Position numbers and translations under genes: made by a program. The notes under the pieces are model-generated. The model did no database searches. It had not been told where the DNA came from and was given only the letters and a program-made list of their open reading frames with translations. A stretch of 42,535 nucleotides of DNA, taken from positions 1-42,535 of the forward strand of contig JAICNA010000001.1 of assembly GCA_025928955.1 (NCBI GenBank). The letters are read 5' to 3'. This document shows, piece after piece, positions 35,754 through 42,535 of the stretch (the stretch's first letter is position 1; every line of letters starts with the position of its first letter). The stretch comes from Gemmatimonadales bacterium (GTDB lineage: Bacteria > Gemmatimonadota > Gemmatimonadetes > Gemmatimonadales > GWC2-71-9).

Positions 35754-36783
35754 GCAGCAGCTCCGGAAAAAGGACCTGCCGTACGTCGGCGCCCGACCTG
35801 AGCAGGTCGGCCGCGGCCGCGGTCTCGGTCAGGGGGCCGCGCCAGACGTCCGGCTGCGCTCCCTTCCGCAGGAGCCGGGCCGTGGCCTCGACCATGTAAT
35901 AGAACAGGGCGCCGACGGCCTGATCGGCCGAAAGTCCTTGAGCCACCGCGTTTTGCCGCAATACCTCCCGGCCGCCCCGGCCCAGGATGTCGTGCCCTTC
36001 GAGATGCCTTACCCAGGGGATGTCGAGACCGTGGCCCCCGCTCAACAGGTATTCCGTACTGGTGAAGGTCAGGTGGCACGCGTCGAACAGCGGAGCCTCG
36101 ACCCGGCCGAAGAGGTCGAAATCGAGCAGACGCCAGACACCTTTTTCGCGGATCACGTTGCCCGGCCAGAGGTCGCCGTGCTGCGGAAAAGGTGGCGCAG
36201 TGCCGGCCGCGCGGAGCGCCGCGGCGGTCGCGGCGGTCTGCTCGCTGCTGAGCGGAAGCAGCGCGAGCGACGCCTCTCCCTCCCGCCAGAAATCGAACGG
36301 CTCGGTCCGGGCGAGCTCCGGAAGCCCCGCCTGTCCGGCGCGCCCGATGGCCGTGGCGAGAGCGGTCAGCTCGAGCACGGCATCGCGCCACTCGTCGTGC
36401 GACATCTTCCTCAGCAGGTGCGCGAAGAGCTGCCCACCCATGTACCGCGTGGCCAGCACCTGGATGCCGTCGGCCCGGATCCCCGCGGATTCCGGCAGGT
36501 GTGGCCGGATATCCGGCGACTGGGAGAGCCGCCGGAGGATCTCCGCCTCACGTGCGGCCGTCGTGTCTCCCGAATCGCGGCACCGGACGTAGTAGGCGGG
36601 CTCTCCCGCGGCCGACAGCACGAGGAGATTGAATCCCCTCGCCGCATCGCCGACGACCTCGTGCCGCGGCACCGGAATCGGGCCGTCGTTCTTGATCATG
36701 ACGATGCGACGCCAGTCGGACGGAAGCTCGTCGCCCAGCTGACGCAGCGCCGCGTCGAGCGCAGTGGCCAGCGCCTGGTTCAC
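35740..36783 (-). CDS. Aminoglycoside-phosphotransferase-fold (APH/choline-kinase-like) kinase
   Basis: GTG at 36783 forms a GTGA overlap with the upstream stop. The longer ORF-track reading overlaps that gene. Catalytic-loop motifs 'HGDLWPGNVI' and 'RLLDFDLFG'. Confidence 0.65.
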   Translation of the reverse strand: MNQALATALDAALRQLGDELPSDWRRIVMIKNDGPIPVPRHEVVGDAARGFNLLVLSAAGEPAYYVRCRDSGDTTAAREAEILRRLSQSPDIRPHLPESAGIRADGIQVLATRYMGGQLFAHLLRKMSHDEWRDAVLELTALATAIGRAGQAGLPELARTEPFDFWREGEASLALLPLSSEQTAATAAALRAAGTAPPFPQHGDLWPGNVIREKGVWRLLDFDLFGRVEAPLFDACHLTFTSTEYLLSGGHGLDIPWVRHLEGHDILGRGGREVLRQNAVAQGLSADQAVGALFYYMVEATARLLRKGAQPDVWRGPLTETAAAADLLRSGADVRQVLFPELLRGRA

Positions 36784-37400
36784 AGGTAGCCCACGCAGGC
36801 ACAGCCGGGATAGAGGAGCGCATGGGCACCAAGCCGTGCCACGAGCGGGCGATACCGGCCGATCGCGGAACTCATGTGTTCCATCCGTTCGTGATGTACG
36901 GTGGCCGGCCCCCACGTGGGGATGATGCTGCTCGCTGCCTCTGGAAAGGGCTGGATGTAGTACGAGGCGAGGCGGCGGAATCCGGCGCCGGCGAGCTCCT
37001 CGAGCACCCGGCGCCTCGTCACCAGCCGCTCCGGGCCCCACCCGCGGAGATACCGGCGCGCCCAGAACGGATTCACGAAGGTCACGAGCACGCAGCCGCC
37101 ATCGCGCAGGACGCGGCGGCTCTCGCTGAGCGCATCACTGAGCCAGGCCAGCTCCCCGGGAGCGCATTCCTCCAGCCGCGAGATGGCGACGAGGTCGACG
37201 GCGGAGTCGGAGACGGGCAGCGGCCGGATATCCCCCGGCCCCACCCGCGAAACATCCGTGAAATGCGGGGCAATCACGCCGGCAAGCGCATCCTGATCCG
37301 GCGCAATGACCAGGGCGCTCTCCTGGCGGGGCGGCGCCAGCAGCCAGACCCAGTTGCCGGCCGCGAGTACCGGCGGGGATGAGATCAGCTCGACCGACAT
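36780..37400 (-). CDS. Hypothetical protein with methyltransferase-like C-terminal motifs but a degenerate SAM-binding motif I
   Basis: ATG at 37400 with AGGA 7 nt upstream. 'VDLVAISRLEE' and 'RVLRDGGCVLVTF' resemble class I MTase motifs II/III. No GxGxG is present ('WLLAPPRQES'). Confidence 0.5.
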   Translation of the reverse strand: MSVELISSPPVLAAGNWVWLLAPPRQESALVIAPDQDALAGVIAPHFTDVSRVGPGDIRPLPVSDSAVDLVAISRLEECAPGELAWLSDALSESRRVLRDGGCVLVTFVNPFWARRYLRGWGPERLVTRRRVLEELAGAGFRRLASYYIQPFPEAASSIIPTWGPATVHHERMEHMSSAIGRYRPLVARLGAHALLYPGCACVGYL

Positions 37401-37637
37401 GCAGTTCCTTCAGATTGGGCGACCGACCATCGGCGCGCCTGCGGCCGCTCGTCCGGTATATTGTGGATGAGTCGCGACACCTCGCCGACGCGGCTTCCGA
37501 CCTGCCGCTGTCGTGCGCTCGACTGTCGTAAGAGCACCACAGAACTTACACCGGCCCCGGGGCCGAAGCCGTGTGGAGAGTCACGGTTCAGGGGCTGCCC
37601 GGAGCGCGCGGCCGGCACGAGCAAGATACGGACCCGG

Positions 37638-37653
37638 TGGCACTCCTCTTGCC
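37638..37653 (+). promoter_or_regulatory. Sigma-54 promoter (TGGCAC-TCCTC-TTGCC), exact consensus match
   Basis: TGGCAC-N5-TTGC lies 94 nt upstream of the rfbF-like ATG, in the divergent intergenic region. Confidence 0.55.
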
Positions 37654-37746
37654 CCGGAGCCCGCGGTTCAGACGACGCCACGGGGGCTCTCCCGACCGTC
37701 CGTCCGCCGGATGCACGAGGCCGGCATTCTCGCACCGGGGAACTCG

Positions 37747-38520
37747 ATGAAGCTCGTGATCCTGGCAGGAGGGCTCGGCACCCGCCTGTCCGAGGAAACC
37801 GCGGTGAAGCCCAAGCCGATGGTCGAGATCGGCGGACGTCCCATCCTCTGGCACGTCATGAAGATCTACTCCGCGCACGGCATCAACGACGTGATCGTCT
37901 GCTGCGGGTACAAGGGGTACGTCATCAAGGAATATTTCGCGAACTACTTCCTGCATCTCTCCGACGTCACGTTCGATCTCGCGAAGAACACGATGGAAGT
38001 GCACAATCACCGCGCCGAGCCGTGGCGCGTCACGCTCATCGACACCGGGGACGCGACGATGACGGGCGGGCGGCTCCGGCGCGTGCGTGAGTACCTCGGC
38101 GACGAAACGTTCTGCTTCACCTATGGCGATGGTGTCGGCAATGTCGACATCACGCGGCTCCTCGCCTTCCATCGCGAGCAGCAGGTCCTCGCCACGCTCA
38201 CGGCCGTCAAGCCGCCGGGCCGGTTCGGCGCCGTGGCGCTCGAGCAGGGCCAGCACAAGATCCACTCGTTCCGCGAGAAGCCGCGGGGGGATGGCACGTT
38301 CGTGAACGGGGGCTTCTTCGTGGTCGAGCCGAGGGCGATCGATTACATCGCAGGAGACTCGACCAGCTGGGAGCAGGAGCCGCTCGAGCAGCTCGCGAAC
38401 TCCGGGCAGCTCGCCGCGTACCAGCACGAGGGCTTCTGGCAGCCGATGGATACCCTGCGGGACCGGCAATACCTCGAGGATCTCTGGGCCTCGGGGAACG
38501 CTCCCTGGAAGGTCTGGTAG
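37747..38520 (+). CDS. rfbF: Glucose-1-phosphate cytidylyltransferase
   Basis: ATG at 37747 inside ORF 37513..38520. '[70 protein letters not shown]' is nearly the canonical RfbF N-terminus. Confidence 0.9.
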   Translation: MKLVILAGGLGTRLSEETAVKPKPMVEIGGRPILWHVMKIYSAHGINDVIVCCGYKGYVIKEYFANYFLHLSDVTFDLAKNTMEVHNHRAEPWRVTLIDTGDATMTGGRLRRVREYLGDETFCFTYGDGVGNVDITRLLAFHREQQVLATLTAVKPPGRFGAVALEQGQHKIHSFREKPRGDGTFVNGGFFVVEPRAIDYIAGDSTSWEQEPLEQLANSGQLAAYQHEGFWQPMDTLRDRQYLEDLWASGNAPWKVW

Positions 38521-38522
38521 TC

Positions 38523-39551
38523 GTGGCGCGGGTCTTCGTAACGGGAATCGACGGGTACATCGGCACGGTCCTTGGCCCGGTGCTCATGAGCCGCGGCCAC
38601 GAGGTCACCGGCTGCGATACGGGATACCACCGGATCGGGTGGCTGTACAACGGCGTGAGCGGGATGCCGCGGGTCATCAATCGCGACATCCGGCACATCA
38701 CGGCCGAGGATCTGGCGGGGTACGATGCGGTCGTCCACCTCGCCGAGCTGAGCAACGACCCGGTGGGCCAGCTCGCCCCGCATATCACCTACGAGATCAA
38801 TCACCAGGGCTCGATCCGCCTCGCCCGGCTCGCGCGCGAGGCGGGGGTTCCCCGCTTCGTGTACTTCAGCTCCTGCAGCGTCTATGGGGCGAGCGCCGAC
38901 AGGGCGCAGGACGAGGAAGGGACGACGCAGCCGCTCACGGCGTATGCGGAGTGCAAGCTGCTCGTGGAGCGGGACCTCCGCCCCATGGCGGGCGATGATT
39001 TCTCACCCACGATCCTCCGGAACGCCACCGCGTACGGTGCATCGCCACGGCAGCGGTTCGACCTCGTCGTCAACAACCTGGCGGGCCGCGCCTGGTGCTA
39101 CCGGGAAATCCGGATGGACTCCGACGGCACGCCGTGGCGGCCCCTCGTGCACATCCTCGATATCGCACAGGCCGCGGCGTGCGTTCTCGAAGCGCCGCGG
39201 GAGACGGTGCACAGCGAGGTGTTCAACGTCGGGGCGAACAGCGAGAACTACCAGGTGCGGGACGTGGCCACGATCGTCGGGGAGACCTTTCCCGGCTGTG
39301 AAGTCACGTTCGGGAGCCGCGGCGGGGACCAGCGGGATTACAAGGTCAACTTCGACAAGATCGCGACGAAGCTTCCCGGCTTTTCGCCGCGCTGGAACGT
39401 GCGGAAGGGCGCCGAGCAGCTCCTGGGGGTTTTCGAGCGGATCAGGATGCCCGCCGAGCTGTTCGAATCGCGGGCGCACACTCGGCTCAAGCAGATCCAG
39501 TACCTGCTCGAGACTCAGCAGATCGACCAGGACTTCTACTGGAAGGAGTGA
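38523..39551 (+). CDS. NAD-dependent epimerase/dehydratase family protein (extended SDR)
   Basis: 'VFVTGIDGYIGTVLG' (GxxGxxG) and catalytic 'YAECK'. GTG start 2 nt after the upstream stop. Confidence 0.85.
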   Translation: MARVFVTGIDGYIGTVLGPVLMSRGHEVTGCDTGYHRIGWLYNGVSGMPRVINRDIRHITAEDLAGYDAVVHLAELSNDPVGQLAPHITYEINHQGSIRLARLAREAGVPRFVYFSSCSVYGASADRAQDEEGTTQPLTAYAECKLLVERDLRPMAGDDFSPTILRNATAYGASPRQRFDLVVNNLAGRAWCYREIRMDSDGTPWRPLVHILDIAQAAACVLEAPRETVHSEVFNVGANSENYQVRDVATIVGETFPGCEVTFGSRGGDQRDYKVNFDKIATKLPGFSPRWNVRKGAEQLLGVFERIRMPAELFESRAHTRLKQIQYLLETQQIDQDFYWKE

Positions 39552-39574
39552 GCCGCGTTCGGCTCCCGCTCACG

Positions 39575-40120
39575 ATGATCTTCACCGAGACACGACTCCC
39601 CGGCGCCTTTCTCCTGGACCTCGAGCCGCGTGAGGACTCACGCGGCTTCTTCGCGCGGACCTTCTGCCGCAACGAATTCGAGGCGCATGGGCTTCGCCCC
39701 GACATGGTGCAGTGCAACGTGTCCTACAATCACCATGCGCGCACCATGCGCGGCATGCATTACCAGATTCCGCCGGCCGCGGAAACGAAGCTCGTCCGCT
39801 GCACGCGCGGAGCGATCTACGACGTGATCGTGGACCTGCGGCCGGAAAGCCCGACGTATCTCCAGCACGTGGGTGTCGAGCTCACGGCGGACAACCGGCG
39901 ACAGCTCTACGTGCCGGAGCTGTTCGCGCATGGATACCTCACGCTCGAGCCTGGCACCGAGGTGGCGTACCAGGTCGGCGAGTTCTACACCCCGGGGTAC
40001 GAGCGCGGGATCCGCTGGGATGACCCGGCGCTCGGGATCAGGTGGCCGGCACCCGTCGAGGTCATCTCAGACAAGGACGCAGCCTGGCCCGCCTGGGCCG
40101 CGCGGGAGGCGCCGCGATGA
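39575..40120 (+). CDS. dTDP-4-dehydrorhamnose 3,5-epimerase family (RmlC-like cupin) protein
   Basis: 'EDSRGFFARTF', 'MRGMHYQ' and 'LYVPELFAHGY'. I chose the ATG at 39575 by alignment to typical RmlC N-termini. The GTG at 39548 (GTGA overlap) is the alternative. Confidence 0.8.
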   Translation: MIFTETRLPGAFLLDLEPREDSRGFFARTFCRNEFEAHGLRPDMVQCNVSYNHHARTMRGMHYQIPPAAETKLVRCTRGAIYDVIVDLRPESPTYLQHVGVELTADNRRQLYVPELFAHGYLTLEPGTEVAYQVGEFYTPGYERGIRWDDPALGIRWPAPVEVISDKDAAWPAWAAREAPR

Positions 40121-41436
40121 TCATCGTCGACCGCGCGCTGCGCAAGCTCGAGGAGGACGGCAGGCCGCTCCGGGTCGCGATGGTCGGCGCCGGGTTCATG
40201 GCGAAGGGAATCGCCAACCAGATCATCAACTCGGTGCCGGGGATGCGACTGGTCGTGATCGCGAACCGGACACTCGCGAACGCCGAGCGGTGCTACGCCG
40301 ACGCGGGGGTCGCACCGATGCGGCCGCGGAGCGTGATGGAACTGGAAGACGCGATCCGCGCCGGCCGGGCGAGCGTCTGCGAGGACTTCACCTGGGCGAC
40401 GGACGCCGAAGGGATCGACTGCGTGGTGGAAGTCACCGGCGCCGTCGAGTTCGGGGCGCAGGTCATCCTGCGCGCCATCGAGCATGGGCGGCACGTCGTG
40501 ACGATGAACGCGGAGGTGGACGGCACCGTCGGGTCGATCCTCAAGGCCTACGCCGATCGGCAGGGCGTCATCCTCTCCGGAAGCGACGGCGACCAGCCGG
40601 GCGTCGAGATGAACCTCTACCGGTTCGTGCGCGGGATCGGGCTCACGCCGCTCGTGATGGGCAACATCAAGGGACTGCAGGACCCGTATCGGAATCCCGA
40701 CACCCAGCGCGGCTTCGCCGAGAAATGGGGCCAGCGGCCCGAAATGGTCACGAGCTTCGCGGACGGCACCAAGATGTGCTTCGAGCAGGCCATCGTGGCG
40801 AACGCGACGGGCATGCGGGTGCTGCAGCGCGGCATGAGCAACGGCCTCGCGTGGCCGGGCCACGTGGACGAGCTCACCAGGCATTACGACATCGACGAGC
40901 TGCGGCAGCACGGCGGCGCGGTGGATTACGTCGTGGGCGCGAAGCCCGGCCCGGGCGTGTACTGCATGGCGGCGCATGACGACCCGAAGCAGCGGCACTA
41001 CCTGAACCTCTACAAGCTCGGCGAGGGGCCGCTCTACAGCTTCTACACACCCTATCACCTCTGCCACTTCGAGCTTCCCTTCTCCGTGGCTCGGGTCGTC
41101 CTGTTCGGCGACCCGGTGCTCCAGCCGCTCGCCGGACCCACCGTCGAGGTCGTGACCGTCGCGAAGACCGATCTCGCTGCGGGCACGGTTCTCGACGGCA
41201 TCGGCGGCTTTCATGTCTTCGGAACCGCGGAGAATGCCGGCCCCGCGCGACGCGAGCGGCTGCTGCCGATGGGCCTGAGCGAGGGGGCGGTGCTGCGTCG
41301 AACCGTGCGGAAGGATGCCGTGCTCACCTACGACGACGTGACGCTTCCCGCGGGGCGCCTCGTGGATCGGCTCCGCCGCGAGCAGGACGCGCGGTTCCCC
41401 GTCCCCGGGGAGCCGGTCGCCGAGCCGGTCGCCTAG
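40117..41436 (+). CDS. NAD(P)-binding oxidoreductase with C-terminal SAF domain (homoserine-dehydrogenase-like, COG4091-type)
   Basis: ATG at 40117 (ATGA overlap) inside ORF 40042..41436. Rossmann 'RVAMVGAGFMAKGIANQI'. SAF-like 'VVTVAKTDLAAGTVLDG'. Confidence 0.7.
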   Translation: MIIVDRALRKLEEDGRPLRVAMVGAGFMAKGIANQIINSVPGMRLVVIANRTLANAERCYADAGVAPMRPRSVMELEDAIRAGRASVCEDFTWATDAEGIDCVVEVTGAVEFGAQVILRAIEHGRHVVTMNAEVDGTVGSILKAYADRQGVILSGSDGDQPGVEMNLYRFVRGIGLTPLVMGNIKGLQDPYRNPDTQRGFAEKWGQRPEMVTSFADGTKMCFEQAIVANATGMRVLQRGMSNGLAWPGHVDELTRHYDIDELRQHGGAVDYVVGAKPGPGVYCMAAHDDPKQRHYLNLYKLGEGPLYSFYTPYHLCHFELPFSVARVVLFGDPVLQPLAGPTVEVVTVAKTDLAAGTVLDGIGGFHVFGTAENAGPARRERLLPMGLSEGAVLRRTVRKDAVLTYDDVTLPAGRLVDRLRREQDARFPVPGEPVAEPVA

Positions 41437-42362
41437 GAAAGCGCGTTCGAGGCGCCCGGGGATGACGACCAGGAATCCGGCGTCTCCCCGGCCGACCGGG
41501 AGTCCTCGAGCAGGTGGGGAATCCAGAAGGCCCGATCGTACCTCGGCCACGCATGGCAGCCGAAGGGAATCGCCCCCCCGGTCATTTCGAAGCAGCGACG
41601 CGGTTCCGTCTCCCAGGCGAACCTCAGCGCCTCTTCGATCGGAGCGATGCGGAAGGCGGGATCGAAGCGCGTCGCTTCGAAGGCCCAGAACTGGTCCTCT
41701 GCGACGCGGTGGCGGTACAGCGACCATCGCACGTTGTTGAAGATGCTGAGATGCTTGAGCCACCGGCGCCAGAACTGGTGGAACCGCACGTGCCGGGGCT
41801 TGCCGGCGATGTACTTCCGCCAGTAGTCGGCGGGCTCCATGTCACGGTGCTTCGAGGCGAGCACGCGAAGGAATGCGTCCACCTTCCGCAGCGAGAACCC
41901 GCCGTTCCCGACTCCCGAGGTGCGGCCGTACTCCTCCAGCCACCGCGTATGCTTGCAGGCGAACCAGGGGGCGCCGATGTAGTCCCAGTCGCGCGCACAC
42001 CATTCGGTGAGCTGATCCGAGAACACCAGCGCGTCGAGGTGGCAGATCAGGATGAAGCGGTACTGGCGGAATGCCTGATAGAACTGGCGCCTGAGGAGGA
42101 GCGTATTGTGGGCCACTGCGCTCCCGAAATACTCGGGGGCGAACCGCTGCACCTGGAAGTCGGGTGAGTGGTCGACGAGCATCCCCTCGGGCGCGAGGAA
42201 GAAGCGGTCGTAGCGGCCGAGGAAATGCTCGATATGCCGGAGCGAGACCCGCTCGTCGCTCGTCAGCTCCCGCCCGGTCGGCAGGGGAACGACGACAGCG
42301 ACCAGCCTGGTGCCAGTCTCTCCTGCCTCTCGCTCTGCAGCCCGCCGGTGGGGAAGTCTCAT
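41433..42362 (-). CDS. DUF5672-like protein (family found in LPS/EPS loci)
   Basis: 'LVAVVVPLPTGRELTSDERVSLRHIEHFL', 'WDYIGAPW' and 'GVGNGGFSLRK'. The start is uncertain: I chose the ATG at 42362, but the ORF stays open to 42515. Its stop overlaps the convergent gene's stop (CTAG). Confidence 0.6.
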   Translation of the reverse strand: MRLPHRRAAEREAGETGTRLVAVVVPLPTGRELTSDERVSLRHIEHFLGRYDRFFLAPEGMLVDHSPDFQVQRFAPEYFGSAVAHNTLLLRRQFYQAFRQYRFILICHLDALVFSDQLTEWCARDWDYIGAPWFACKHTRWLEEYGRTSGVGNGGFSLRKVDAFLRVLASKHRDMEPADYWRKYIAGKPRHVRFHQFWRRWLKHLSIFNNVRWSLYRHRVAEDQFWAFEATRFDPAFRIAPIEEALRFAWETEPRRCFEMTGGAIPFGCHAWPRYDRAFWIPHLLEDSRSAGETPDSWSSSPGASNALS

Positions 42363-42535
42363 CAGGATCACGCAAGGAACGGGTGCCGGGTCACGAGCCT
42401 CGTCCAGGCCCGGGACGCAATAGTTCTGCCAGCCTCGACCCTCCGAAACTAGCCCGACCCCGAGCCCAGCGCAGCGACAGGTTCCGCTTCTGCGGCGCCG
42501 TTGCGGCGTCGCCACAGGAGCGTGGCCACGCCGGA

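Noticed and set aside
37677-37688. GCCACGGGGGCT in the rfbF leader, resembling the GCCACGGGGCU junction of the riboswitch-like element
   Set aside because: There is no GCAAA / GAAA-hairpin / GACGCA context around it. A single GC-rich ~10-mer match is plausibly chance in this composition.
41433-41436. CTAG overlap of two convergent stop codons as a special signal
   Set aside because: It is just the palindromic overlap of TAG stops on opposite strands. There is no hairpin or other structure around it.

Overview
GC-rich bacterial chromosomal segment, roughly two-thirds G+C by eye (not computed). Almost all of it is a PEP-CTERM/exosortase-type exopolysaccharide (EPS) locus. I support 34 CDSs.

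Gene layout:
- 2-2005 (+): 3' end of a Wzz-type chain-length determinant fused to a BY tyrosine kinase.
- 2087-3007 (-): receiver-GGDEF regulator with a degenerate active site.
- 3799-6847 (+): operon of polysaccharide export protein, priming sugar transferase, exosortase and EpsI.
- 6921-8870 (-): a PEP-CTERM/DUF4114 exosortase substrate flanked by two paralogous 4-TM proteins.
- 9001-13499 (+): GT4, Wzy/O-antigen-ligase-like protein, AsnB-type amidotransferase.
- 13828-19319 (+): two large paralogous Big2 / Pro-Thr linker / beta-helix putative lipoproteins.
- 19439-37400 (-): a roughly 18 kb, 14-gene operon, tightly coupled by overlapping start/stop codons. It encodes six glycosyltransferases, an AlgD-like GDP-mannose dehydrogenase, a second AsnB, a heparinase II/III-like protein, a bi-domain oxidoreductase, methyltransferases, an APH-fold kinase and a deacetylase-fold protein.
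- 37747-41436 (+): CDP-sugar operon.
- 41433-42362 (-): convergent DUF5672-like gene.

Most interesting observation: each beta-helix lipoprotein gene has a leader containing a nearly identical ~53-nt element (1 mismatch). Its sequence and foldable architecture look to me like a GEMM-I (c-di-GMP-I) riboswitch aptamer, with an A at the specificity position that is G20 in Vibrio Vc2.

Several operons are also preceded by sigma-54-type -24/-12 promoter matches, one of them an exact consensus match.

I saw no rRNA, tRNA, CRISPR array or mobile element.

Limits: everything was done by eye. CDS coordinates are derived from the supplied ORF track. Coordinates of non-coding features could be off by 1-2 nt. 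Family names come from motif recognition, not searches.
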